NCBI GenBank assembly: GCA_039933875.1
Contig: JBDTNF010000250.1
Location: 1,359-65,358, forward strand
Reading direction: 5' to 3'
Length of the DNA: 64,000 bases
Source: Flavobacteriales bacterium
GTDB lineage: Bacteria; Bacteroidota; Bacteroidia; Flavobacteriales_F; PHOS-HE28
Made by a program: the position numbers and the translations under genes. The stretch's first letter is position 1; each line of letters starts with the position of its first letter. This document shows positions 1 through 8,877 of this stretch, one piece after another. Below the pieces are notes generated by a model. That model did no database searches. It was not told the DNA's origin and worked only from the letters and a program-made list of their open reading frames with translations.

Positions 1-78
1 TCATCATTGATCAGCACGGGCAGAAAGACCAACCAGCGGAGAAAGCCGCATGAACAAACCAACAAGGACCGTGTGACC

Positions 79-116
79 AGAAGCCCTCGGAAAGCCGGGG
101 GCTTCTTCTTTGTTTA
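79..116 (+). terminator. Rho-independent terminator-like hairpin
   Basis: AGAAGCCC (79-86) pairs with GGGCTTCT (99-106) and is followed by TCTTCTTTGTTT. It lies downstream of open frames entering from the left edge; one of them stops at 51-53. Confidence 0.5.
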
Positions 117-355
117 GGGTCTTCGTTGCGGTACCCAAGTAAGGGACAGAAGCGGTAGACCGGACCCTGAGGCTTTGTGAGGGGGAGGACTACAAGCGCA
201 TGGCCCGACGGCGAGTCCCTTAAGAAGCAATTCAAGATCACAGGTCCGAAACTGGTATGCCCTGCCAACCGACGCCGAAGAATGAAAACCACTGAACTTC
301 TCTTGGCATTCGGCGAGGTTCTTGGTTACTTCGGGAACGAAAACCGACTTCGACC

Positions 356-766
356 ATGAAAAGCGCTGCCCTCGCCCTACTGCTCTTCGTCACCTTGAGC
401 GCGAACAAATGCAATAACGACGCTGGCGAAATGACCTCGCTGCTCGACAAGAAGTGGGTTTTCCAAACGGTGGCCGGCCAGGCGTTGAAACTGCCCGATG
501 GCACACAACAGCCCTGGCTGCAACTGGCCGGTGATCAACTCTCAGGCTTTGGTGGCTGCAACCGGCTGATGGGCGGTTACAAGATGGATGGCACCAATTT
601 GAGCTTCACCGGTGTCGGTTCCACCAAGATGTTCTGCGAGGGTGTTCAGCCCACCGAGAGCTCCATCACCAAATTGCTTGGTCAGGTGGATAGCTTCAAG
701 ATGGACAGCGACCTGCTGAAGCTGATGGGTGGTGGGGCTGAGCTGGCGGCGCTGAAGGCGGAATAA
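356..766 (+). CDS. META-domain (HslJ-like) lipoprotein
   Basis: 136-aa ORF with a signal peptide plus Cys (LLFVTLSANKC). Contains GGCNRLMGGY and FTGVGSTKMFC motifs typical of META domains. Confidence 0.8.
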   Translation: MKSAALALLLFVTLSANKCNNDAGEMTSLLDKKWVFQTVAGQALKLPDGTQQPWLQLAGDQLSGFGGCNRLMGGYKMDGTNLSFTGVGSTKMFCEGVQPTESSITKLLGQVDSFKMDSDLLKLMGGGAELAALKAE

Positions 767-776
767 GCAGCTATTG

Positions 777-882
777 CTGCGGATCCCAGGTCGTGCTCCT
801 GTTGTCGTTCGCACGCCGCGCCAGTTCGCGTTTCCATGCGAGTTAGGCATCGTTCACTTCATCGCCTGGGTCGTTGTCATAG
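777..882. repeat. Direct repeat copy A: decayed duplicate of the rhomboid gene 3' end
   Basis: Aligns gap-free with 2096-2201 (about 87/106 identical by hand). The minus-sense translation is SYDNDPGDEVNDA*LAWKRELARR..TTWDPQQ. Confidence 0.85.
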
Positions 883-894
883 CTTCACTTTGCG

Positions 895-1200
895 ATGCCC
901 AAGCTGTACGAATACTTCGGTCTGGTCTTCCTGTTCTGGACGCACGAGCATGAACCCATGCACCTGCATGTGCAGTACGGAAGCAGCGAGAGCATCGTCG
1001 AGCTGATCGTGCAAGGCGGAAAACTCACCACGTTGAATTGGAGGTCCAAGCGGGGAAAGAGGGCGCTAGGTGCACAGGAAAGGGCAGAAGCTGAACGCTT
1101 CGTGCGCAACAAGTTCGCCGATATCGAACGCAAGTGGTTCGCTTACTTTGTGGAGCGGAAGCACATCACCCCGGAGCGCATCACCCGCCGCATCAAATGA
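895..1200 (+). CDS. DUF4160 domain protein
   Basis: 101 aa. The N-terminal motif FWTHEHEPMHLHVQYG matches the DUF4160 signature (DHxPPHFHxxYG). Confidence 0.8.
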   Translation: MPKLYEYFGLVFLFWTHEHEPMHLHVQYGSSESIVELIVQGGKLTTLNWRSKRGKRALGAQERAEAERFVRNKFADIERKWFAYFVERKHITPERITRRIK

Positions 1201-1574
1201 GCACCCCTGACCACATCCGTATCCGCAAAGCGACCCACATGGCCGACTATGTGATCCGCCTGGAGTTCACGGACGGCCGCGTGATCGACATGGACTTCCA
1301 TCCAGTGCTGAGCGACCCAACGGAGAATCCGATGGTGCGTGAATTCCTGGACATCACGCGGTTCAAGAAATTCCGCATCGCCGACAAGCAGGATCTCGTT
1401 TGGGGTGATCACGAAATGGGATTCCCGTTCGAGACGCTATACGCCGGTGATTTCCGGGTGCATTGGGATGGCAAGAAATATCCGGGACCGGCGAAGCTGA
1501 AGACAGGGCGTTCAGTGGTGCGTCGGGTGGCGGCAAGCCGCAGGGCTGGTGCGCAACGAACTCGAAAGGCATGA
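1197..1574 (+). CDS. DUF2442 domain protein
   Basis: The ATG at 1197 overlaps the upstream stop (ATGA). Shows the DUF2442 pattern YVIRLEFTDGRVIDMDF...LVWGDHEMGFPFETLY. The ORF-track start at 1134 is rejected as an upstream extension. Confidence 0.75.
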   Translation: MSTPDHIRIRKATHMADYVIRLEFTDGRVIDMDFHPVLSDPTENPMVREFLDITRFKKFRIADKQDLVWGDHEMGFPFETLYAGDFRVHWDGKKYPGPAKLKTGRSVVRRVAASRRAGAQRTRKA

Positions 1575-1652
1575 CCACGAGTGGCAGACTCGCGGCAGCG
1601 GGGGGGAGTGACTTGACTCTCCGCGCGACTGTTCGCCCGACTTGGTGCTTAC

Positions 1653-2093
1653 ATGCCCAGTGCACCGAAACAAATCGAGTTCGTGTTTGGCCAACTTCAT
1701 TCCGAGGTTGAGGATTCGAGTGAATACTGGCAATTGCTCTTGAACATAGGCGCTGATTTCTCTGTACGGATCAGGGACAGGGTGTTCTACCAAGAACCGG
1801 ATTTCCCTCTTGTTGAGTTCGCTGCTCAAGCCTTGCGTTGGAGGAGGGAACAAGAGCGCGACTTCCTATACACTTCAATGGAATCGGAAGAGAAACCATT
1901 GATCGGTTTCTATCAGATGAACGATCAATTCCGAATTTACTCCCCACATCAAGAATTCGAATCCACATCGACGATCGATAGAGACGCTCTTCTCAAAGCT
2001 GTTTCTGTGTTCACGCAAGAACTTCGCTCTAGATCAAGGTCCGAACTGGCTTTGGACCTTGATCTAGAACTTCTTTCCGAACGAGTTCTCTAA
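1653..2093 (+). CDS. Hypothetical protein (low-GC orphan)
   Basis: 146-aa ORF, visibly more AT-rich than its surroundings. I recognise no family. Confidence 0.55.
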   Translation: MPSAPKQIEFVFGQLHSEVEDSSEYWQLLLNIGADFSVRIRDRVFYQEPDFPLVEFAAQALRWRREQERDFLYTSMESEEKPLIGFYQMNDQFRIYSPHQEFESTSTIDRDALLKAVSVFTQELRSRSRSELALDLDLELLSERVL

Positions 2094-2923
2094 CGCTGCG
2101 GATCCCAAGTCGTGCTGGTGCTCCCACTAGCTCGCCGTGCCAGTTCGCGTTTCCAAGCTAGTTCGGCATCGTTAACCTCGTCGCCGGGGTCGTTGTCGTA
2201 GATGACCGGTAGTGCTGGTGGTGCATCCGGTTCCTCCTCCTCTTCTTCATCCAGGAACTTGGGGCGCGCATCCTGCACAGCGGGTGTCACATCGCGGTAG
2301 ACCCAAGCCAGCGCCACGCCGACGATGCCGCCCCACAAGTGGCTCTCCCAACTGATGCGCATCACGATGGGAAGCACACCCCACACCAGCCCACCGTAGA
2401 GGAAGGTGACCAGCAACGAGAGGGCCATCAGGGTGCGTTGCTTCCGCAGCATGCCGCTGACGAAGAGAAAGGCTGCCAGGCTGTAAACCACACCACTCGC
2501 ACCGATGTGGTAGTTGCCGCGCGCGCTGAGCCAGACCATGAAACCGCCCACAAGCCAGGAGACCAGCACGACGCGTCCAGCGATGCGCGGGTAGAAGTAC
2601 ATGAGGCACCAGCCCAGCAGCAGCACCGGCACCGAGTTGTTGAACACATGGTCGAAGTCGCCGTGCAGGAAGGGCGAGGCCAGCACACCCAGCAGGCCGC
2701 TCCATTCGCGCGGCAGGATACCGAAGCGCGCCAGCCCAAGGTCGAGGCCGTGATCCAGCAGGAACACCGACCACATCAGCACCACCGCCACGAAGGGCAA
2801 CACCGCCGCCGTGGCCATGCGCGCGCGGGGGTGTGGCGCTGCTGGAGGAACTGGAAGTGTATCGGTCACCGGACCAAGTTGCTCAATAATCGGTCCTGCG
2901 GTGGGTGGCGGACATTGTGGCAT
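2090..2923 (-). CDS. Rhomboid family intramembrane serine protease
   Basis: Multi-TM protein with HLxxN-type region FLHGDFDHVFNNS, catalytic GASGVVYSL (GxSG) and a downstream His (SWESHLWG). Start is uncertain: ATG at 2923 or 2818. The 3055 start in the ORF track is unlikely. Confidence 0.8.
   Translation of the reverse strand: MPQCPPPTAGPIIEQLGPVTDTLPVPPAAPHPRARMATAAVLPFVAVVLMWSVFLLDHGLDLGLARFGILPREWSGLLGVLASPFLHGDFDHVFNNSVPVLLLGWCLMYFYPRIAGRVVLVSWLVGGFMVWLSARGNYHIGASGVVYSLAAFLFVSGMLRKQRTLMALSLLVTFLYGGLVWGVLPIVMRISWESHLWGGIVGVALAWVYRDVTPAVQDARPKFLDEEEEEEPDAPPALPVIYDNDPGDEVNDAELAWKRELARRASGSTSTTWDPQR
2096..2201. repeat. Direct repeat copy B: functional 3' end of the rhomboid CDS
   Basis: Aligns with 777-882. 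Encodes the current rhomboid C-terminus ...IYDNDPGDEVNDAELAWKRELARRASGSTSTTWDPQR*. Confidence 0.85.
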
Positions 2924-3037
2924 TTGGCTCAAGGGGCCGTTGGCAGGAGGAGAAAGTCGGCAGTTTGCAGTAGGCAGTAGGCAAGTCGTATTGCGCCTGC
3001 TCCTGCCCCTGCGCCTTGAGCTCTGTACTTTTGGTCC

Positions 3038-3499
3038 ATGCGCTTCAGCAAACAACTACCTGTCCTGCTCATCATCGTTGCGACGGTCGGCTGCTTCGCC
3101 AAACGCGCGGAGCCTGTGCCCCAACCGAAGGTGGAACTGAGCGAACAGGACGTGACCCCACCCAGCGAACTGGCGCTACTGATGCGGCACATGGCCGCGC
3201 ATGCCGACAGTGTCAAGGCAGGTCTGGCTCGGGGCGACAAGAACCTGCCACCCTATCCCGAGGAGATCAAGACCCTCTTCACGGCCACACCCACGGCGGA
3301 CATGCACATCGACCCGATCACCTTTCCCACCTTCGGCAAGGACTACCAACAGAAGGTGGCCGCTTTGTACAGCGCCGCGAAAAAGGATCGCACATACGCC
3401 TACAACGCACTGGTGCTGAGCTGCGCCAACTGCCACGGCACACATTGCCCGGGCCCGCTGCGGCGGATCAACAAGATGTATGTGCCGGTGACGCAGTGA
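3038..3499 (+). CDS. Lipoprotein with C-terminal CXXCH (class II cytochrome c-like)
   Basis: Lipoprotein signal peptide (LLIIVATVGC), helical-looking body, and a single CANCH heme-attachment motif about 25 aa from the C-terminus. Confidence 0.6.
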   Translation: MRFSKQLPVLLIIVATVGCFAKRAEPVPQPKVELSEQDVTPPSELALLMRHMAAHADSVKAGLARGDKNLPPYPEEIKTLFTATPTADMHIDPITFPTFGKDYQQKVAALYSAAKKDRTYAYNALVLSCANCHGTHCPGPLRRINKMYVPVTQ

Positions 3500-3594
3500 C
3501 CGTTGATCGTGGTCGCTGTCGGGCATTGCCGAGCTGAACTTCCCGAACCAGCATCGATCAACGAAGTCCGACTTCCCTCACCATCTTAGCGGCC

Positions 3595-4899
3595 ATGTCC
3601 GCGATCTTCCCCGACCGTCGCACTGCGCTGCTGATCACGGTGGCCGCACTCGGCTACTTCGTGGACATCTACGACCTCGTGCTCTTCAACGTGGTGAAGC
3701 GAGAGAGCCTGGAGTTCATCCTCGGCGCCGGCAACGTGCGCATCAAGGATGTCGGCATCAACCTGTTCAACGTGCAGATGCTCGGCATGCTCACGGGCGG
3801 CATCCTCTGGGGCGTTTGGGGCGACAAGAAAGGTCGCATCACCGTGCTGTTCGGCAGCATCCTGCTCTACTCGCTGGCCAATATCGCCAATGCGTTCACC
3901 TTCGACCTGACCAGCTATGGCATCGTGCGTTTCATCGCGGGTGTGGGCCTGGCCGGTGAATTGGGTGCGGGCATCACATTGATCGCCGAGACGATGCCCC
4001 GGGAAAAACGCGGCTACGGGACGATGATCGTAGTGACCGTGGGTGCTCTGGGCGCTGTGTTCGCGTCGCTCGTTGGTGGCCATGGCGCAGCGATCTCGGC
4101 CTGGATCGAGAACGTGACCGGACATCACCTGATGAACTGGCAGGTGGCCTACGTCGTCGGTGGTGGCATGGGCATGCTCCTGCTCGCGTTGCGCGTGGGC
4201 GCCTTCGAGAGCGGCCTTTTCAAGCGCACACAGGACACCGATGTGAAGCGCGGTGACCTCCGCCTGATCTTCGCCGACCGGACGCGGTTGCTGCGCTACC
4301 TCAGCTGCATCCTCATCGGCGTACCCATCTGGTTCGTTATCGGTGTGCTCGTCAGTCTTTCGCAGGATGTCTTCGTTCCCGAGTTGGGGATCGACACCTC
4401 ATCGCTCGATGCTGATGGCCTGAAGCGGATCAACGGCACGGCGATCATGTGGGCGTACATCGGCCTGAGCATCGGCGACCTGCTCAGCGGGCTCATCAGC
4501 CAATGGCAACGCAGCCGACGCAAAGTAGTCCTCCTCTACCTCGGCATGAACCTGGTGCTCACGCTGATCTTCCTCTTCGGCCTGCGCGGCGCGACGATCC
4601 AGACCTACAACTGGATGTGCCTGCTGCTCGGCATCGGCACGGGCTACTGGGTGATCTTCGCCACCATGGCCAGTGAGCAGTTCGGGACCAACATCCGCAA
4701 CACAGTGGCCGTTACCGCGCCCAACTTCGTACGGGGCAGTGTGTGGCCCATCACCAGTGCGTTCAAGTTCCTCGTTGGTCCCATCGGGAGCGTCGGCAGT
4801 GCATTGGTCGTCGGCTTGATCTGCATCGGTGGCGCCTTCTGGGCGGTCCTTCGCACCCCTGAGACCTTCAGCAAGGACATGGATTTCGTGGAGAAGTGA
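3595..4899 (+). CDS. MFS transporter
   Basis: 434 aa with about 12 hydrophobic segments. The loop WGDKKGR after TM2 is typical of MFS motif A. Confidence 0.85.
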   Translation: MSAIFPDRRTALLITVAALGYFVDIYDLVLFNVVKRESLEFILGAGNVRIKDVGINLFNVQMLGMLTGGILWGVWGDKKGRITVLFGSILLYSLANIANAFTFDLTSYGIVRFIAGVGLAGELGAGITLIAETMPREKRGYGTMIVVTVGALGAVFASLVGGHGAAISAWIENVTGHHLMNWQVAYVVGGGMGMLLLALRVGAFESGLFKRTQDTDVKRGDLRLIFADRTRLLRYLSCILIGVPIWFVIGVLVSLSQDVFVPELGIDTSSLDADGLKRINGTAIMWAYIGLSIGDLLSGLISQWQRSRRKVVLLYLGMNLVLTLIFLFGLRGATIQTYNWMCLLLGIGTGYWVIFATMASEQFGTNIRNTVAVTAPNFVRGSVWPITSAFKFLVGPIGSVGSALVVGLICIGGAFWAVLRTPETFSKDMDFVEK

Positions 4900-4967
4900 C
4901 CGTTCCCCGGTCCACGCTTCGACCGATCACTGGCGCACGTAGTTTTAGTGGACTGAACCCGAAAGCG

Positions 4968-6148
4968 ATGGAACGCCTTATCACCGCACTTCCACTGATC
5001 ATCACCATGGGCGCCTTCTGTCAAGCGGACCTTCGCCTGACCGAAGCCGGCATATCCAACTCAACCCGCACCCGCTCCTTCGGCAGTGCTCCATCGTTAC
5101 AAGTCGGCAGCGCGCTCCAGATCAGAGCGACCATCGATAATCCCGGAACGATCTCGCACACCAGCATCACTCTCATGGTCGAAATAGCGGGACCCAGCCC
5201 AGTGAACACCTTGCTCACTGCGGCCAACCTGGATCCGGGCGAGAGCGACATACTGCTCGAACCTGTTCCCATCCCGCTACTCGCGGAGGGGCTGTACACC
5301 GCCACACTCACGCTTTCATCCGCCGAGAGTGGTTCCGAGTCGAACCTCGCGAACAACGTCCAGGTGCGCTACTTCAGCATCACTAACAACACCTGCGCCC
5401 TGGATGGGATCGGCGTGATACCCGCCGGGGCATCGTCGGTGGCTTGGATCGGCACTTCAACCTTCCCCGATGCGGAAGATGGCTTGATCCTGATGAGCTA
5501 CGTTGATCTGAAGACCGGGACCGAAGTGGAAGGCTTCGAAGCGTTGCTTGCCCCCGGAACGCAAGCCGGTGCCGAGGTACACTTCATGGTGCTCGATACA
5601 ACGGACGTCTTGAACGGGGATGTGTACAACCCGCTGCTTGAGACGACACCCAGCGCGATAACTCCTTCCGATGTGACCAACGGCACCGTCCAGATCGCCT
5701 TGGGGTCGGGGGAAGAACTCCCGCCCGGCGGATACTTCGTGGCGATCGAACTCTTCAGCCTTGGCGGTGCGCACCCGGTGTCGATCAAGGACGATGTGAG
5801 CAACGACGAGGACCCGATCGCGAGCCTCATGTACCACCCTGGGGACTTTCAGGTATACTCCAATGGGAACGCAGTGGCTGTTCGCTTGCGGATGGGCGAT
5901 GCGATCAACGGCCTTAACGACCCGGAGCCCGGGGCCCGGCTCTCGCTTTATCCGAACCCGGCGAACGATGTTCTCCGCATTACCGGCTTGGTACCGGCAG
6001 GCCCTCACTTGTTCGGATCAGCGATGCCGTCGGAAGAACCGCACTGGAAACAAGCACGACGAACGGCACCATCGATGTCTCGTCGTTGCGGCCAGGGCCA
6101 TACGTGATCCGAACGACGGGCGGCGTTGCACGCTTCATGAAGCAATAG
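4968..6148 (+). pseudogene. T9SS-secreted beta-sandwich (CARDB-like) protein, frameshifted inside its C-terminal sorting domain
   Basis: Signal peptide MERLITALPLIITMGAFCQA. Frame 0 reads ...LSLYPNPANDVLRITGLVPAGP, then turns to nonsense. The -1 frame from about 6005 reads SLVRISDAVGRTALETSTTNGTIDVSSLRPGPYVIRTTGGVARFMKQ*, which is the rest of a canonical T9SS CTD. Confidence 0.8.
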
Positions 6149-6153
6149 CCCTC

Positions 6154-7650
6154 CTACTCCTCTTCGCCTCCGCCGCTCATCACCGAGCCCAGCACGTCGC
6201 CGAAGCGAACGCCTTCCACCAAATTGTTGCGACCGATGCGGCTATGCTCCGATAGACCGTGCAACACGAACTCCATCCACAGCGGCACCTCTTCGGGCTG
6301 GAGGTATGGGTGTGAACGCGTCACCAAGTCCTTCAGTGAGGGCAGGGCGTTGAGCGCCTTGCGGTAGTCGGCATCGTTTGCTTCGAGCAACACGTCCAGC
6401 TCATGGGCATCGAACCAGGTGATGATCTCCGCATAGGGATCGGGCTTGCCGGGGCGCTGCGCGCCGGCGGCCTTGGGCTGTCGACGCGTTTTCTCCGGAT
6501 CGGGGAACAGCTCCTTGAAGACATTGCGGATCGCGACGCTCATCAAGTGGTGCGCCACTTTTTCCGGTCCCTCCTGCTCACCCTCGTAGACCAGTTCGAT
6601 CTTGCCGGTGATGGCCGGCACGACGGCGAAGAGGTCCGTGATACGGGCTACGGTCCGTTCATCACCGCTGCGCAACGCCCTTCGTTCAGCCGCACTGATC
6701 ACACTCTCCAGCGCACTGATGGTGAGCCGCGCACTCACCCCGCTCTTCGGATCGACGAACTCGCTCGCACGCGCTTCCATGGCGATCCGTTCGACCAGCA
6801 CCCGTAACAGCTCAGGCACACGCACACGCTTCGCCTGCTCCTCCGGGCTGCGCACCTCTTGCGCAGTGATCTTCATGCCCAACTCGATGTTGCCGGGATA
6901 GTGGGTGAGGATCTGCGACTGGATCCGGTCCTTCAGCGGTGTGATGATCGCGCCACGGTTGGTGTAATCCTCCGGGTTGGCGGTGAAGACGAACTGGATG
7001 TCCAGCGGGAGGCGTAGCTTGAAGCCACGGATCTGCACATCGCCTTCCTGCAGGATGTTGAACAGCGCGACCTGGATGCGCGGCTGCAGATCGGGTAGTT
7101 CATTGATGACGAAGATGCCCCTATGGCTCCGCGGGATGAGGCCGAAGTGGATCACGCGCTCATCGCTGTAGTCGAGCTTCAGGTTGGCGGCCTTGATGGG
7201 ATCGCTGTCGCCAATGAGGTCGGCCACGGTGGTGTCCGGCGTGGCCAGCTTCTCGCTGTAGCGCTGGTCCCGGTGCAGCCAGGTGATCGGTGTGTCGTCG
7301 CCGTGCTTCGCGATCAGTTCCTTGGCGTAGCGCGAGATTGGTGCGAACGGATCGTCGTTGATCTCGCTGCCTTCCACGATCGGCATCCATTCGTCGAGCA
7401 ATTGAACGAGGGCGCGCGCCATGCGGGTCTTCGCCTGTCCGCGCAGCCCGAGCAGGTTGATGCTATGCCCCGCGAGGATCGCACGTTCCAGCGCAGGGAT
7501 CACCGTGTGCTCATAACCGTGAATGCCTTCGAAGAGCGGCTTCTTCGCGCGGATGCGGGCAATGAGGTTGGCCCGCAGTTCCTCCTTCACGGTCCGGCTC
7601 TTCCAGCCGCTCTTCTGCAATTCTCCTATCGTCGTTGGTCGGGACATCAT
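6154..7650 (-). CDS. ChlI/Mg-chelatase-like AAA+ ATPase
   Basis: Walker A-like GLRGQAKT, Walker B-like GIFVINELPDL, and the ChlI-like region ALFNILQEGDVQIRG. The start is taken at the ATGATG at 7650. Confidence 0.8.
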   Translation of the reverse strand: MMSRPTTIGELQKSGWKSRTVKEELRANLIARIRAKKPLFEGIHGYEHTVIPALERAILAGHSINLLGLRGQAKTRMARALVQLLDEWMPIVEGSEINDDPFAPISRYAKELIAKHGDDTPITWLHRDQRYSEKLATPDTTVADLIGDSDPIKAANLKLDYSDERVIHFGLIPRSHRGIFVINELPDLQPRIQVALFNILQEGDVQIRGFKLRLPLDIQFVFTANPEDYTNRGAIITPLKDRIQSQILTHYPGNIELGMKITAQEVRSPEEQAKRVRVPELLRVLVERIAMEARASEFVDPKSGVSARLTISALESVISAAERRALRSGDERTVARITDLFAVVPAITGKIELVYEGEQEGPEKVAHHLMSVAIRNVFKELFPDPEKTRRQPKAAGAQRPGKPDPYAEIITWFDAHELDVLLEANDADYRKALNALPSLKDLVTRSHPYLQPEEVPLWMEFVLHGLSEHSRIGRNNLVEGVRFGDVLGSVMSGGGEEE

Positions 7651-7811
7651 TAAGCTGGATGGGTTTGGGTGCGCCTTCAGAAGCTCTACTGCGTTGACGT
7701 TGGTCGCGGCATCGTGGAAAACACCCGCGGGCGGTACGAAGTTCGGCATGCACACGGTCGAAAATGCGAACGGCACCCCAGAGGATGCCGTTCGCCTAAA
7801 TTCCGGAAGGG

Positions 7812-8813
7812 TTACTGCACGATGAGTCGCTTGGCGCCCATGCTACCGTTCGCATCGGTAATGCGCACGGTATAGGCTCCGGACGCGAGGCTTGAGATAT
7901 CGATCACTTCGCGCTGGATACCCGACACCAATGCCGGCCGTCGCTGACCGAGCACCACTTTGCCCGTGAGGTCGATCACCTCCAGCGCCAGGCTGCTTCC
8001 TGCGGCAACACCGAACACCACCTCCACACGTTCCGTGGCCGGGTTGGGCATCAGGTCCACACCGATGTCGTGGCGCATGGCTTCGGCAACGCCCACCTCA
8101 TCTTCATCCAACATCCTGGCGTAATACAGCAGCTGGCCCGGCACCTGGTAGTTCTCATAGTTCGCCAGCAATGGCTCCTTCACGCCCGGCTTGATGAACA
8201 ACTGGGTGAACGCATTGTAGTAGAACGGGAAATCCGGATCGCTGGCGAACACATCCTCGTGGTGTTGTTCCACGTCCACCATGAGCACATTGGTAAACGT
8301 GCCGTATGGCAGGATAAGCGTTCCCCACGAAGCGCCCTCCAGATCCACGGTGCCGGTGCGGGTGAACGATTCACCAGCGGAAACACCGGTGCAGGCATAG
8401 GTGTCGTTCACCACCGTTCCGAAGGTGAACGGATAAGCGAACACGGTAACCCCGTTCGTGCAGTTGAGCGTGGCCTGTGGGGCGGTGAGGCCCACCTGTT
8501 CGAACGCGGCCGCCGTGGCCTTGTAGTGGGCATAAGCACCACCACCCGCCGATTCCGAGACCGTTGTTCCTACCGGTGCCCCACCGACGGGCGTCACCCA
8601 TTGGTCCGTAACACTGGCAGTGCTGACGAGGTCGGAATGATCCCATGTCGCGTTGGCCACCCCGTTGGCCGGTGGAGTGAAGTAATCACACTGGTGCAAC
8701 AAATAACTCTCACCCGGGACGAAGGAGGAATTCCCGCTGGACAGCGTGGGCTGTGCCATGCCCACGGACGCGAGGAGGACCAGGGATAGACTGGAAGTGT
8801 AGCGTATCATCAT
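7812..8813 (-). CDS. T9SS C-terminal-domain secreted protein, function unknown
   Basis: Signal peptide MMIRYTSSLSLVLLASVGMAQ. C-terminus LMPNPATERVEV...IDISSLASGAYTVRITDANGSMGAKRLIVQ is a type A T9SS CTD. Confidence 0.8.
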   Translation of the reverse strand: MMIRYTSSLSLVLLASVGMAQPTLSSGNSSFVPGESYLLHQCDYFTPPANGVANATWDHSDLVSTASVTDQWVTPVGGAPVGTTVSESAGGGAYAHYKATAAAFEQVGLTAPQATLNCTNGVTVFAYPFTFGTVVNDTYACTGVSAGESFTRTGTVDLEGASWGTLILPYGTFTNVLMVDVEQHHEDVFASDPDFPFYYNAFTQLFIKPGVKEPLLANYENYQVPGQLLYYARMLDEDEVGVAEAMRHDIGVDLMPNPATERVEVVFGVAAGSSLALEVIDLTGKVVLGQRRPALVSGIQREVIDISSLASGAYTVRITDANGSMGAKRLIVQ

Positions 8814-8877
8814 GTTCGGTTGTTTACGCAAGAATAGCGGATCCCTGGCGCTTACGGCAGCAGCCCTGCCGGAGCGT

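Noticed and set aside
3-117. Possible 3' end of a plus-strand CDS entering from the left edge (frame stopping at 51-53, or frame 1 stopping at 115-117).
   Set aside because: Too short (16-38 codons) and ambiguous between two frames to call. Only the downstream hairpin is reported.
118-355. A spacer of about 235 nt upstream of the META gene, with fragments reminiscent of riboswitch boxes (GGTACC..TAAGGGA.., CCTGCC, CCACTG) and an SRP-like CAGGTCCGAAACTGG.
   Set aside because: The fragments are in the wrong order and spacing for a cobalamin riboswitch. The required pairings for SRP, tmRNA or RNase P cores (for example GAGGAAAGTCC or a tRNA-like 3' end) are absent. It may still be a leader or sRNA, but I cannot support a call. 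A cmscan against Rfam would settle it.
2924-3055. N-terminal extensions in the ORF track: rhomboid to 3055, ATPase to 7776, T9SS protein to 9005, vWA to 10086, YceI genes to 21488 and 27758, GPx to 43542, and others.
   Set aside because: In each case an internal ATG is followed directly by a signal peptide or a conserved N-terminal motif. The extension overlaps a neighbouring gene or is compositionally non-coding.
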